Assembly (NCBI GenBank): GCA_963833095.1
Contig: CAWHWQ010000001.1
Span: 64,001 to 128,000 of the forward strand
Length of the DNA: 64,000 nucleotides
Source of the DNA: Vulcanimicrobiota bacterium
Lineage (GTDB): Bacteria > Vulcanimicrobiota > Vulcanimicrobiia > Vulcanimicrobiales > Vulcanimicrobiaceae
Reading direction: 5' to 3'
Under the pieces are notes generated by a model. That model was not told the DNA's origin and made no database searches. It worked only from the letters and a program-made list of their open reading frames with translations. The translations under genes were made by a program, and so were the position numbers. Below, in pieces: positions 41,759-52,671 of the stretch (position 1 is the first letter of the stretch; every line of letters starts with the position of its first letter).

Positions 41759-44581
41759 TTAGATACGGATGGTCGTGGTCATCCAGATCTGGCGGACGGG
41801 AAGAAAATACTCTTCGTTGTTGTTATTAAACGGGTTGGTCGTGTCGGGCGGGTTGAACGCATTGAAGTATCCCTGCGTGCCCAGACCTATGAGGCCAAAC
41901 TGTCCGCTATTCTGGTTGAATACATTGTAGATCCCGAGGTTAAAAGTGATTGGCCCGACCGTCTTGGACGCGTTCGCCGTCGCGTACCAGTATGACGGGC
42001 GGTTGAACCCGTTGTTCTGGGAGACGAAGTGTTCGTCGAAGCGCGCGGTCCAACTGCCGAGGGGGCTTGAATAGCCCGCACCGGCGTTTGCCGTATTCAC
42101 CGGAACGCCGTATATCTGTGCGCCGTTGATCAATCCGCCGTTGGTCAAGAGGATGTTGTCTTGAAGGTCTTGGTACTGAGCCGACTGCATGGCATAATTG
42201 CCGTCGACCTCCAGTCCGCGCACAATCGGAATCTTGGTTTGCAAGTTGATGCCCTTGTACACAGCTTTGCCGGCATTGAACGGAATCGATACCCCGAAGC
42301 TATTGATGCTGTACGTGCTGACGCCGCAAGCCGTGTTCAGCACGCCGGCATACGCACTAAAGTAAGAAGCGGGCGGCAATTCGCTTGCCGGAACGGTCGA
42401 GAGCCCGAACACGCCGGAGATGATCGGATTGAGTTCGGTCGTATCGTATGCATCGACCTCAAACGTCGCTTGATTCGCAAAGCGATGCGCAAGCGCAACT
42501 TCGAGATCGTTGGCCGCTTCGGGCTTGATCAATGAACTTGAACCGCTGCCGAGCGCAACGAGCCCGGATGTACCGCACGTGTTTGCCGGATTGAAGCTCG
42601 GGTTGCTGGCAACCGGCGGGGAGAACGTGATGCCGCCGGTCACGAGCGAGGGATCGGGTTCGCTCGTCGCGCGTCCCCCGGTAATGCGCCAGACGTCGTT
42701 GCTCGTCGGGCGATACACAAGCGAGAGACGCGGATCCAAATTGGTGGTCGATGTGTTGAACGAGCGCTCGACGTCGAGGTCGGCGAAGACCGAGAACCGG
42801 TCGTTCGGCGTCCACGAGTCGTGCGCGAAGTACGAGTTCTCGGTAATGGAGTCGCTCTGGTCAAAGGGTCCGAAGGAGATGAACACGGGCGCAGTGGCGC
42901 CGATCGGCGTGATCGGGTACGATTGACCGCTGTTGTTCTGATAGAGCTGGCGCAGCGAGCTGAACCCGAATGTGAGGTCGTTCTTGCCGCGGGCGTAGTC
43001 GTACTCGATGACCCCACCGTGCGTGAAATAATCGTCTAGGTACGACGCCGCCTGCACGTATTGGTCTTGCGGGCCTTTCTGGTTGACGAAGCTGTAGTTG
43101 TCGATGTAACCGTCGAGGATCAAGTTGCCAGGCCCGATGCCTTGCGTGAGGCGCAGGTCGTAGTCTTGATTCACCGCCGAGTGATAGCGCCCGAGACCGC
43201 CGCCGCTTGGACCATAGAAAGCCGCTGCATACTGCTGCGGCGTGAGGCACGAGTAACCGCCAGGGGCATTACTGAGTGCCGCCAGCGTCGCTCCCGAACA
43301 CGTCGTCGAGTTACCGTTAGGCAACGTGATTTGCACAGGACCACCGGAGACTGCACCATTCGCCGCCGCAAGCTGCACCGGGTATGGCTCGTAGTCGGTA
43401 TCGCCGTTACCCGTCGAATCGGCATAGATCGATGCGTTATAAACCGTGGCGGTCAGCGTCGTGCGCGGCCCGAGTTGGCCGACGACTTTACCGACGAAGT
43501 TCCGCTGGAGATAATCTCCCGTGACATTATAGTTGCACGCTTGTTGATCGCCGGCTGCGATCGAGGGCGGTAGCGATCCACCCGATAATGGACCACTCGG
43601 CGCATTGACCAGCGGCGCGTACGTCTGCCAACTCGGATCGTTCGGGCAGCGGCTCTGCCCGCCGGCCAGCAGATTGCTCTGCAAAATGTTGCCGGCAAGT
43701 TCGCCGTCGGTTCCGTTTATGCCGTACGCGAATGCGTAGCCGACGTGACCGATCGTATCGGACAGCGTAACGCCGGTCATTTGGTGGCCGAGGTCGCCGA
43801 TGCCCTGCGTTATTGCAAAGTGTTGCTGTTGCGTGGGGTTGATCGTCTGGAAGTTGATTGCACCGGCGAGAACCGGTACCGCATACAGGCCGTCTGCACC
43901 AGAGCCGTAGATGACGCTGACGTTGCTAAAGCCCCAGAATTGCGCGACTTGGAAATCATAGGCGCTCCCGTGCGCGCCGATCGGTCCAATCGGGTGACCG
44001 TCTAGCAACACGGCGGACTCCGTCGGATCGAAACCGCGCAGCGAGAGCGATTCGTCATCGCCGAGTGCCGAGCTTGTCGACGCCGTAACGAACGGTAACG
44101 TCGCGAGCGCATCGCCGGCACGCGCGTAGTTTTGATCGACGATGAGCGCCGGCGGAAGGTTGCTGTTGATCGTAGCCGAGGTCTGGAGCGCCGCGTGCGT
44201 ATTGACCGAAACGGCGGCGATCTCTTTGAGACCAGTCGTTCCCGGAATGAGCGCGGTCTGCGTCTCGACCACCGGCTGTCCCGCCTCCACCGTCAAGACG
44301 GGAACGAACGCCGACTGATAGCCGCTCGCGGAAATGGAGATCGAATAGGTTCCGGGCCCCACGCCGCTAAACGAAAACGACCCATCAGCTCTGGTCGTCG
44401 TTTTCTCCACGACGTTCGATCCGCGTCGGAGCTCCACTCGAGCGCCCCCGACCGGAAGCCCGGCGCTCGTTTCAAGGATTCGTCCTGTGACCGTGGTTCC
44501 AGCCGCCGGCGCTTGCGCTAATGCGGGGGAACACACCAAAGAACATGCAAGCAGCAGCGCCGCACAAATACGTAAGATCAT
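41759..44581 (-). CDS. TonB-dependent receptor with carboxypeptidase-regulatory domain
   Basis: Signal peptide, GTYSISISASGY, SLRGFDP, VLLDGHPI, DPRLSLVYRP, GIYNVFN. Confidence 0.88.
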   Translation of the reverse strand: MILRICAALLLACSLVCSPALAQAPAAGTTVTGRILETSAGLPVGGARVELRRGSNVVEKTTTRADGSFSFSGVGPGTYSISISASGYQSAFVPVLTVEAGQPVVETQTALIPGTTGLKEIAAVSVNTHAALQTSATINSNLPPALIVDQNYARAGDALATLPFVTASTSSALGDDESLSLRGFDPTESAVLLDGHPIGPIGAHGSAYDFQVAQFWGFSNVSVIYGSGADGLYAVPVLAGAINFQTINPTQQQHFAITQGIGDLGHQMTGVTLSDTIGHVGYAFAYGINGTDGELAGNILQSNLLAGGQSRCPNDPSWQTYAPLVNAPSGPLSGGSLPPSIAAGDQQACNYNVTGDYLQRNFVGKVVGQLGPRTTLTATVYNASIYADSTGNGDTDYEPYPVQLAAANGAVSGGPVQITLPNGNSTTCSGATLAALSNAPGGYSCLTPQQYAAAFYGPSGGGLGRYHSAVNQDYDLRLTQGIGPGNLILDGYIDNYSFVNQKGPQDQYVQAASYLDDYFTHGGVIEYDYARGKNDLTFGFSSLRQLYQNNSGQSYPITPIGATAPVFISFGPFDQSDSITENSYFAHDSWTPNDRFSVFADLDVERSFNTSTTNLDPRLSLVYRPTSNDVWRITGGRATSEPDPSLVTGGITFSPPVASNPSFNPANTCGTSGLVALGSGSSSLIKPEAANDLEVALAHRFANQATFEVDAYDTTELNPIISGVFGLSTVPASELPPASYFSAYAGVLNTACGVSTYSINSFGVSIPFNAGKAVYKGINLQTKIPIVRGLEVDGNYAMQSAQYQDLQDNILLTNGGLINGAQIYGVPVNTANAGAGYSSPLGSWTARFDEHFVSQNNGFNRPSYWYATANASKTVGPITFNLGIYNVFNQNSGQFGLIGLGTQGYFNAFNPPDTTNPFNNNNEEYFLPVRQIWMTTTIRI

Positions 44582-44603
44582 GAATGAATCACTACGCACG
44601 AAA

Positions 44604-44630
44604 TTTTATCGCTCGTTTATGCCGGGTTTA
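44604..44630. promoter_or_regulatory. 11-bp-period (T/G)TTTA repeats, OmpR/PhoP-type operator candidate
   Basis: TTTTA at 44604, GTTTA at 44615 and 44626. Confidence 0.45.
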
Positions 44631-44690
44631 AGAAATACTATCTTTTCGCCGTTCATGTTTGCGTCATGAGCGCGACGTAGAATCGGGGGC

Positions 44691-45599
44691 GTGCCTACGC
44701 TCGTCACGCTTCCGCCACATTCGGTTCCGATTGTGAGCCACTTCGATTATGTCGCCGTGGACGCCGCGCGAAACCGCGTCTACGCAGCGCACACCGGGAG
44801 CGAGGCGCTGTTGGTCGTCGACGGAAAGTCAGGCGCCGTTCTCGGCCAAGTCAACGTCGGTCCGATGCACGGAGTCGCGGTCGACCCGGCCGACGGAAGC
44901 GTCTACACGGGGGACGGCACCGACCAAACCATCGACAAGGTCGATCCGATATCGATGAAGATCGTTGCGAGCGTTACCGTGCCGGGGAACGTCGACGGGA
45001 TCGAGTACGACCCGCAGCTCCATCGTCTCTACGCAGACGAAGACGGCGGCCCGCATGCGTATGTCATCAACACGGCATCGATGAAGCTGATCGGCACCGT
45101 TACGCTGCCATCGAGCGATCCGGAAGCGATGGCCATCGACCCCGCGACGCACCTCCTCTATCAAAACCTCAACGACAGCAATAGCATCGCCGTCATCGAT
45201 CCGAAAAGCCTCAAAGTCATTAAGGTCATTAAGACCCCGCAAATCGTCAACAACCACCCGCTCCTGTTTAGCAGCCAGCTCAACGAACTCGTGGTTGGCG
45301 GAAAGAACGGCGTCATGTCGGCTTACACACCGTCTGGAAAGCGACTTGGCGACGGTAAGGTCCAACCCGACATCGATCAGTGCAGCCTGGGACAGGGTGG
45401 CGACGAAGAGGTCTGCGCCGGCAAAGGCATCGTGACCCTCGTGAAACTCACCCGCGACGGGGCGCCGGCGGTTGTTGCTACGTTCGATACGAAGCACGCC
45501 GTGCACACGGTTGGAATCGACGAACGCGCCGGCAAGGCTTGGATCGTCTATGCAGCGCCGAACGGCGACTTTATCGAAGCATTAAGGATTGCGCCCTGA
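44691..45599 (+). CDS. YncE-like beta-propeller protein
   Basis: Repeats such as GVAVDP, GIEYDP, AMAIDP and IAVIDP. Confidence 0.8.
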   Translation: MPTLVTLPPHSVPIVSHFDYVAVDAARNRVYAAHTGSEALLVVDGKSGAVLGQVNVGPMHGVAVDPADGSVYTGDGTDQTIDKVDPISMKIVASVTVPGNVDGIEYDPQLHRLYADEDGGPHAYVINTASMKLIGTVTLPSSDPEAMAIDPATHLLYQNLNDSNSIAVIDPKSLKVIKVIKTPQIVNNHPLLFSSQLNELVVGGKNGVMSAYTPSGKRLGDGKVQPDIDQCSLGQGGDEEVCAGKGIVTLVKLTRDGAPAVVATFDTKHAVHTVGIDERAGKAWIVYAAPNGDFIEALRIAP

Positions 45600-45639
45600 G
45601 AAAGGGACACACGCGCGCGCGCGAACACTGCCTTTTCTT

Positions 45640-46314
45640 ATGCGCGTTCTAATCGTCGAAGATGATTCATCGCTACGCCGTTTGATCGCGCGCGGCTTGC
45701 AAGAAGAGGGCCATATCGCCGATGCGTTGCCCGACGGACGCGATTGCGCCGAGTATCTTAATGCCACCGCCTACGATGTGGCGATACTTGACCTCAGCCT
45801 GCCGCACCGCGATGGATTGCTGGTCCTTCGCGACGTTCGCAAGCGCGGGATCCGCACGCCGATTCTCCTTCTCACCGCGCGAGTTGATCCGCGCGACGTG
45901 GTAAACGGCCTCGACGCCGGCGCAGACGATTACTTGCGCAAACCGTTCTCGCTTGACGAGCTGCACGCGCGCCTGCGCTCACTTACGCGCCGTCCGTCCA
46001 CCTGGAGCGAGGATTTGTTGCGATGCGGGGATTTGGTCTTCGACCGGCGCTCGCGCGAAGCGCGCCGCGGCGAACGCCCGATCGACTTGACGTCAAAAGA
46101 AATCGCACTGCTGGAAACGTTGTTGCGCAACGCCGGGCGAACGGTCACGCGCGAAGCGCTGATCGACGCCGTGTGGGATCGCACCGCCGATCCGGCCTCG
46201 AATGTGCTCGACGTGTACGCTCGCCGCCTTCGCGTGAAACTCAGCGCCGTAGGCGAACCGCCCTTGCTCCACACCATTCGCGGTATCGGCTTTAAGTTGG
46301 GAACGACTGCGTGA
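45640..46314 (+). CDS. OmpR-family response regulator
   Basis: MRVLIVEDD, LDLSLP, KPF and HTIRGIGF motifs. Confidence 0.95.
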   Translation: MRVLIVEDDSSLRRLIARGLQEEGHIADALPDGRDCAEYLNATAYDVAILDLSLPHRDGLLVLRDVRKRGIRTPILLLTARVDPRDVVNGLDAGADDYLRKPFSLDELHARLRSLTRRPSTWSEDLLRCGDLVFDRRSREARRGERPIDLTSKEIALLETLLRNAGRTVTREALIDAVWDRTADPASNVLDVYARRLRVKLSAVGEPPLLHTIRGIGFKLGTTA

Positions 46315-47597
46315 GCTTGAGGCGCCGCATCGCGCTCACCATTCCCGTCCTGGTAGCAACAGCGTCGCTGGTATTTGCGACGATCTCACTTGCGGTGCTT
46401 GACCGCACGCTGCGCGCCGAAATGGACGCGAAGCTCATGACGCTCGCTCTCGCGGTCGGGCAAATCGTCGACGATCATGGCGGCAGACTTTCCGTGGACG
46501 CAGATGACATCGCGCAGATTCGATCGCTCCACGGCTCAGACGAGCACATCGCTGTGCTGGATAGTCGCGGGCGCCTCTTTTACGGCGAGAAGCCTCCTGC
46601 GGCTGCGCAGCTCAACGCTTATCGCTTTGCGCGCACGACAAACTTACAGCGGACGACGCGTGGCCTGGGCACGATTCTCGCCTGGCAAAACGACCGCTGG
46701 ATCGCTGAGGTTGCGCGCACGAGCCTGCTCACGTTTATCGCCGTCGGACTGGTGCTGGTCGTCGTAGCGACCCTCTTTTCGCGCGCCCTTGCCGACGCGG
46801 TACTCGGACCGGTTGATCGCATCGCTGCATTGGCCGAACAGATTGAAGCCCGTGACCTCTCAAAACGCATAGGCGCGCGGGGCCGGGATGAGCTCGCGCG
46901 CCTGTGCGCGAGCTTTGACCGAATGCTTGACCGGCTCGAGGCAAGCTTTGAAACCGAGCGGCGTTTCGTGGCTGACGCCTCGCATGAACTGCGCACGCCG
47001 CTCGCAGTCGCGCGTGCCGAAACGGACTTGGCGCTGCGCCGGCCACGCGAAGCGCGCGAGTACCGTGCGGCGCTCCAGTCGATCGACCGTGAGATCACGC
47101 GGCTTGAACTTTTAGTCGATGACCTACTCGATACGATGCGCGATCGCGCGATCGTGCCGAATGAGCCGGTCAATGTCGCGGCCCTGGTAGGGCGCGTGGC
47201 CGAGCGCATGCGAGCGACGTCGCGGGACGTCCGCATCGCCGTGATCGGGGAAACGCTCGTCGTCCGCGGTCACGGCGAGTCGATCGAGCGAGCCGCGACC
47301 GCCGTGCTGCACAACGCCGCCACCCATGGCGGCGGCGGCGAGATCGATGTTCGTGTCGTCGCCGATCCGCAGTGGGTTCGGATCGACGTTGCCGACGACG
47401 GTCCGGGCTTTGCAAACGAAGCGCTCACGCACGCAACCGAACGTTTTTGGAGAGCCGACTCGGCCCGCTCGCGTGGCGGTACGGGCCTCGGCCTTTCGAT
47501 AGCGCGCGTCCTCATCGAAGCGCACGGTGGAGAACTGATGCTGGCAAATCGTCCCGAGCGCGGGGCCGTCGTCAGCTTGCTGCTACCGTCGAGCTAA
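46311..47597 (+). CDS. HAMP sensor histidine kinase
   Basis: DASHELRTPL, DDGPG and GGTGLGLSI motifs; two TM helices. Confidence 0.95.
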   Translation: MSLRRRIALTIPVLVATASLVFATISLAVLDRTLRAEMDAKLMTLALAVGQIVDDHGGRLSVDADDIAQIRSLHGSDEHIAVLDSRGRLFYGEKPPAAAQLNAYRFARTTNLQRTTRGLGTILAWQNDRWIAEVARTSLLTFIAVGLVLVVVATLFSRALADAVLGPVDRIAALAEQIEARDLSKRIGARGRDELARLCASFDRMLDRLEASFETERRFVADASHELRTPLAVARAETDLALRRPREAREYRAALQSIDREITRLELLVDDLLDTMRDRAIVPNEPVNVAALVGRVAERMRATSRDVRIAVIGETLVVRGHGESIERAATAVLHNAATHGGGGEIDVRVVADPQWVRIDVADDGPGFANEALTHATERFWRADSARSRGGTGLGLSIARVLIEAHGGELMLANRPERGAVVSLLLPSS

Positions 47598-47866
47598 TCG
47601 CGCTCGTCGCCCTCTTCCTCGTCCTCGTCTTCATCTTCGTCGTCTTCATCCTCGTCTTCGTCGTCGAGGTCGAAGTCGTCGTCTTCTTCTTCGGGCGACA
47701 TTTCATCGACCGCAGCGTGTATCTCGCGATACATCGCCGCGATCTCGCGGCCAAGCTCTTGACCGCTGCGATCGGAGCTCACGTTCTTGAGCCATTGATC
47801 GAGCGCCGCGATCGTCAAGTGCATCGCGATCACGTCATTTGTCGGAGCGTCGAGTTCGAGTTCCAT
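47594..47866 (-). CDS. Small protein with highly acidic C-terminal tail
   Basis: AAGGA RBS; helical N-terminus followed by an Asp/Glu tract. Confidence 0.6.
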   Translation of the reverse strand: MELELDAPTNDVIAMHLTIAALDQWLKNVSSDRSGQELGREIAAMYREIHAAVDEMSPEEEDDDFDLDDEDEDEDDEDEDEDEEEGDERD

Positions 47867-48001
47867 CACACATCCTTTCAATTGCCTTCAGCGTACTTCA
47901 CCGCGCCTTAAAGGGGCGTTAAGGGCGGCTTCGCTCGCGCCGGGCAAAAAAGGCGGGCGGGGGTGTAACCGCGTATGTAGTTAGCCGGTTAATAATTTTT
48001 G

Positions 48002-49521
48002 ATGCGCAATCCGTTTGCTCACCGCGCCGACGCCCCGATCGGCCTGATCACGATTACCGTCATGCTCGGGCTGATCATGGCGATCATCGACTCGACGATC
48101 GTCAACGTCGCGCTCAACACGATCGGCGGCAACCTCGGCGCCTCGATCGACGAAGTCGCCTGGGTCGCGACCGGCTACATTCTGGCCAACGTCATCGTGA
48201 TGCCGCTCAACGGGTGGCTGACGGCGCCTTCCTCGGGCGCAAGCGCTTTTACGCTGCTTCGCTGGCCGTCTTCACGATTGCGTCGTTCCTGTGCGGAACG
48301 GCGACGAACATCATCGGCAGCTGGTGTTCTATCGCGTGATTCAAGGCATCGGCGGCGGCGCGCTGCAGCCGACCGCGCAAGCGATCATGTTCGAGACGTA
48401 TCCGCCGGAGAAACGCGGCAAGGCGATGGCGATCTTCGGCCTCGGCGCGATGGTCGGCCGGCGATCGGGCCGACGCTCGGCGGCTACATCGTCGACAACG
48501 CCTCGTGGCCGCTGATCTTCTACATCAACATTCCGATCGGCATCGTCGCGTTCTTCATGACGCTGGCGTTCATTCCGAAGCCGAAGTACATCGAACGCTC
48601 GAAAGCGCGGCATCGATTGGATCGGGCTCGGGCTGCTGACCGCCGGCCTTGCATCGCTGCAGTACGTGCTCGAACGCGGCGAACACGACGATTGGTTCGA
48701 CTCGTAGACGATCGTCAATCCTGACGATCGTCGCGGTCGTGGCGCTCGTGCGTCTTCATCTGGAAGATGCTGCGCGAACGATATCCGCTGGTGGATTTGA
48801 AAGTCTTCAAGCTTTCGCGTCGTTCACGATCGGCAACATCATCGGCATCATCAGCGGCTTCGGTCTCTTCGGCACCGCCCTGATTTTGCCGTTGTTCTTT
48901 CAGACGATGCTGGGCTTCACCGCCTTTGATACCGGGCTGCAGCTCTACCCGGTGCGCTCTCGACCGCCGTAAGCATGATGATCGTCTGGCCGCATACTCA
49001 ATCGCATCGACGGTCGCGCGTCGATTGCGTTCGGCTTCCTGATCTTCGCGCCTCTCAACGTGGATGCTTGGCGGCATGTCAACGTGACGCGGGCTATTGG
49101 GACGTCTTCTGGCCGCGCTTGATTCAAGGTTTCGGGCTTGGCTTTCTCTTCGTTCCGCTCACGACGATCTCGCTCGGCGACGTGCCGATGCGCGAAATGG
49201 CCGGCGCGACCGGCGTCTATCACGCTGATTCGCCAGCTCGGCGGCAGCCTCGGCATCGCGATTTTGACGACGCTCCTCGTGCATGAAACGGCCGTTGCTT
49301 GGAACGTCCTCGCGTCGGGCGTGACGCAGACGCACGGCTATTCCGTCGGCGCACTGACCACCATGGTCGCGCAGCAGTCCTCGATGATCGCATACAACTA
49401 TCTCTTCCGCGTCACCGCCATCGTCTTCGCACTTGCAGCGCCGCTGGCATTCCTGATGAAAGTCAAACCCCGGACAGCTGCTGCGCCGGCATCAGCCGCA
49501 CTTGCTGCCGCTGTAGATTAA
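48002..49521 (+). CDS. DHA2/EmrB-family MFS efflux permease, multiply frameshifted
   Basis: DSTIVNVAL, RVIQGIGGG, GPTLGGYI...WPLIFYINIPIG and RQLGGSLGIA found in different frames. Confidence 0.8.
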
Positions 49522-50609
49522 ACGCGTTCGAGCGCATCCAGCGCGTCGGCGCTGGTCGGAGCCCGATCCCGAAACGCCTCGATTCGATAGGGCAAAACGC
49601 CGGCGCGCTCTTTGCTGCGCGCACCGGCGCGCCGGTCGAGGCCGCGGCGGTAAACGTCGGGTCCAACGAGATGAATTGCTTCGCGTGTCGGCTCGTCGTA
49701 ATACTCGGGCCAATGAGCCAGCCAGATGCCGACCGTCGGACGCCCTCCCATCGCAATCGCCGCGTGCAACGGACCGGATGCTACACCGACATAGGCATGC
49801 GCGGCACGCACGAGCGTTACGAGCACGTGTGCGAAGGGGAGATCCAAATCGCCGAATAGATCCGTCGTTGTCGGCGCAAGACCGCTCTCGCGGCCGATGA
49901 CCGCGCTGGTTCGTTCGTCGACCGTTACAACCCGCGCGTGCGGATCGCGACGACGCACCTCGTGCGCAAAAGCAACGACTTCGCGCTCCGGCAAGATTTT
50001 GTCCACCTGCGTGTGACCGCCGGCCGAGAGCACGTATAAGCGCGCGCCGGTGGGGACAACCTCGCGCAGACGCGCCTCGATGCGTTGCGTCACCTCGACC
50101 GGCGCGCGAAACGCAAGCGAACTGCGCAACGGCTGCGAAAGATCGATGGAGGCGAGGCGCGCCGGCGTAATGATACGGCTTGCCAAATAGCGCGCCTTGG
50201 TATGCCAAGGATAGGGCGTGCGTCCGGTCATTTCCGGGTAGCGGCACACCAGCAATATTTCGATGTCATGCTCCTCGATACGTGAGCGCAGTGGCTCCGG
50301 GACGTCGAGCCGGGTGATGCCGTCGGGCGGATGATCGAGATCGAGTCCAAAGTGCGGCTTGGCTCCCTGTTCCGCTCCACTGCCTAGCATCCGCGTTCCT
50401 GAGAAAAGTGGCCGCATCCGTTCGCCGCAATCATAGAGGTGCACGAAATCGTCGCCAAACCGGGTGAGATAGTACTCGTTGCTCGGCTCGAGCAACGGCA
50501 CGACGAACGAGAGATGGACGAAATCCCCGAATCCGTGCGGCCAATAGATCAATACACGCCGGTTCGTCACCGCGCCGAAACCACGCCCGTCGTCAGAGTA
50601 GACGGGCAT
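49518..50609 (-). CDS. GT9 (heptosyltransferase-like) glycosyltransferase
   Basis: HGFGDFVH and YVGVASGPLHAAIA motifs. Confidence 0.7.
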   Translation of the reverse strand: MPVYSDDGRGFGAVTNRRVLIYWPHGFGDFVHLSFVVPLLEPSNEYYLTRFGDDFVHLYDCGERMRPLFSGTRMLGSGAEQGAKPHFGLDLDHPPDGITRLDVPEPLRSRIEEHDIEILLVCRYPEMTGRTPYPWHTKARYLASRIITPARLASIDLSQPLRSSLAFRAPVEVTQRIEARLREVVPTGARLYVLSAGGHTQVDKILPEREVVAFAHEVRRRDPHARVVTVDERTSAVIGRESGLAPTTTDLFGDLDLPFAHVLVTLVRAAHAYVGVASGPLHAAIAMGGRPTVGIWLAHWPEYYDEPTREAIHLVGPDVYRRGLDRRAGARSKERAGVLPYRIEAFRDRAPTSADALDALERV

Positions 50610-50639
50610 CCCCAGCGTGTACGGCGTATCCCTCATGCA

Positions 50640-51668
50640 ATGCTCCACATCGGTGTCGATGCTTGGAATCTCCCTGGCGATCACCGCGGTATCGGCCGCT
50701 ACGTTCGCTCGATCCTCCACGAGTGGCACACCACGTTGCGCGACCGTGTCTACGTCACGCTGATCGTTCCGGAGTGGCACACCTGGACCGTTCGCGCGCG
50801 CTATGCGCGGGAGGTCGGTGATGTTTCGTATCGGATCGTGTCACGTCGCCTGCACGATCGCGCGAAGCTTGACGTACTCTGGTTTCCGTGGAACGGCTGC
50901 AGCTGGCTCGACTTTACTCGTCCCGCCGTCGCGACGTTGCACGACGCGACCAATTTCGTGATTCCGGACTACGCACCGGAGACCCAGGTGATCTTCCGCA
51001 ACGCCGCAGCCCGGTGCGAGCGCCTGATCACCGACTCGAACTTTTCGGCTGGAGAACTCTCGCGCGAACTTGGGGTACCGCTGGAGCGCTTCACCGCGAT
51101 CCCGCTCGGGGTGGATATACCGGCCCAAGTCGCGCACGTCCCCATCTTGCGCGAGCAGCCATACGTGCTCTTCGTCGGAACGGCCGAGCAGCGTAAAGGG
51201 ATTCCAACGCTCGTCCGCGCGATGGAACGCGTGCAACGCGACGATCCTAGCCTGAGCCTGATTATCGCCGGAGAACGTGGTGACGGTTTGCGCGGCGACG
51301 AAAGCATCCACATGCGCGCGCTGGGCTTTGTAGGCGACGACATTCTAACCCAGTACTACCTTGGCGCTTCGGTTTTTGCCTTTCCATCGCGCTACGAGGG
51401 CTTTGGCCTACCGGTGCTCGAGGCGATGGCCCATGGAGTACCGGTAATTACCACGGATGTCACGGCAATTCCAGAAGCTGCCGGCGATGCGGCGCTCTAC
51501 GTACCACTCGATGACGACGTTGCGCTCGCGCAAGCGATTGCGCGTGTTCGCAGCGATAGACAACTCGCATCGTCACTACGTGAGCGTGGTCTGGTTCGCG
51601 CCGCGATGATGACGTGGAAGAAAACCGCAGAAGCAACGCTCGACGTGCTCGAACGAGCTGCGTCGTGA
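50640..51668 (+). CDS. GT4 glycosyltransferase
   Basis: GIGRY, FVGTAEQRKG and PSRYEGFGLPVLEAMAHG motifs. Confidence 0.92.
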   Translation: MLHIGVDAWNLPGDHRGIGRYVRSILHEWHTTLRDRVYVTLIVPEWHTWTVRARYAREVGDVSYRIVSRRLHDRAKLDVLWFPWNGCSWLDFTRPAVATLHDATNFVIPDYAPETQVIFRNAAARCERLITDSNFSAGELSRELGVPLERFTAIPLGVDIPAQVAHVPILREQPYVLFVGTAEQRKGIPTLVRAMERVQRDDPSLSLIIAGERGDGLRGDESIHMRALGFVGDDILTQYYLGASVFAFPSRYEGFGLPVLEAMAHGVPVITTDVTAIPEAAGDAALYVPLDDDVALAQAIARVRSDRQLASSLRERGLVRAAMMTWKKTAEATLDVLERAAS

Positions 51669-52123
51669 GCGGCGACATTCGCTTGGCGACCGGGCTCGCG
51701 ATTCGCGACGGGCGCGTGCTGCTCGTTGCCTCGACCTACCGCTCGCACGAGCAGCCGCTCTGGAATCTTCCGGGCGGTCGCGTCGCCCCGGGCGAGTTGA
51801 TGCTCGATGCCGTCGTTCGCGAAGTGCGCGAGGAAACGGGGCTGCGAGCAACGGTGAGCGAGCTTGCATACCTGAGCGAAAGCTACGATGGCGAGCGCCA
51901 CGTGCTCAACGCAACCTTTGCCATCGACGTGACCGGATCGATCGACGCACCGCAGGCCGGCGATCACGTGGTTGCGGTGGAATGGGTCCCCATCGATCGG
52001 CTCGCTGAGCGCATCGCTGTCGGCGTCGTGCGCGATCCACTGGTTCATTACTTGCGCGACCGCACGCGGTACTTCGGTTACGCGGATGCCGGCGTCACGA
52101 TCGTTTGGCCCGACGAAAACTAA
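51665..52123 (+). CDS. NUDIX hydrolase
   Basis: Nudix box PGGRVAPGE...REVREETG. Confidence 0.9.
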   Translation: MSGDIRLATGLAIRDGRVLLVASTYRSHEQPLWNLPGGRVAPGELMLDAVVREVREETGLRATVSELAYLSESYDGERHVLNATFAIDVTGSIDAPQAGDHVVAVEWVPIDRLAERIAVGVVRDPLVHYLRDRTRYFGYADAGVTIVWPDEN

Positions 52124-52671
52124 GCCGGCTTACGGAGTTCCCACTGGTCGCGGTCCAGAACGTATCCCAGCACATCGACGGGCTGCCCGCGAACGGTTGC
52201 GCCGTGCGGCAAAACACCATCCTCTTCAAATCCGGCGTTTGCAAGAACCGCGCGTGATGGCACGTTCTCGGGCACGCAATAGGCGCGAAGCTTGCGCAGA
52301 TGCAACCGCGAGAACGCCTCCGAGGCGATCGCGTGCACCGTCTCGCTTGCGATTCCCCGCCCACGATAGGCTTGCACGACGCTATAACCAACCTCCGCCG
52401 ATGAGGTGACGCGCTCGCCAACGCGCAGCGACGCCCATCCGACGGGTTCGCTCACGCCCTCGAGGTAAATTAGCCACTCGAAACGGCCCCACGCGCCGGG
52501 CTCGAGTTTGGGCGGACGCGAGGCAACCATGCGCCGGAACTGCACGAGATCGACTTCGGGCAAATCCTGAAATTCGCGCAGGCCCGGTTGCTGCAGCACG
52601 TTCCAGAGCACGTCCGCGCTTTGCGACGTCACCGGGACCAGGCGCAACCGTTCGGTCAAGAGAGCCCGCAT
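52120..52671 (-). CDS. RimJ/RimL-family GNAT acetyltransferase
   Basis: TERLRL, EVGY, YRGRGIASE and NVPSRAVLANAGF motifs. Confidence 0.88.
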   Translation of the reverse strand: MRALLTERLRLVPVTSQSADVLWNVLQQPGLREFQDLPEVDLVQFRRMVASRPPKLEPGAWGRFEWLIYLEGVSEPVGWASLRVGERVTSSAEVGYSVVQAYRGRGIASETVHAIASEAFSRLHLRKLRAYCVPENVPSRAVLANAGFEEDGVLPHGATVRGQPVDVLGYVLDRDQWELRKPA

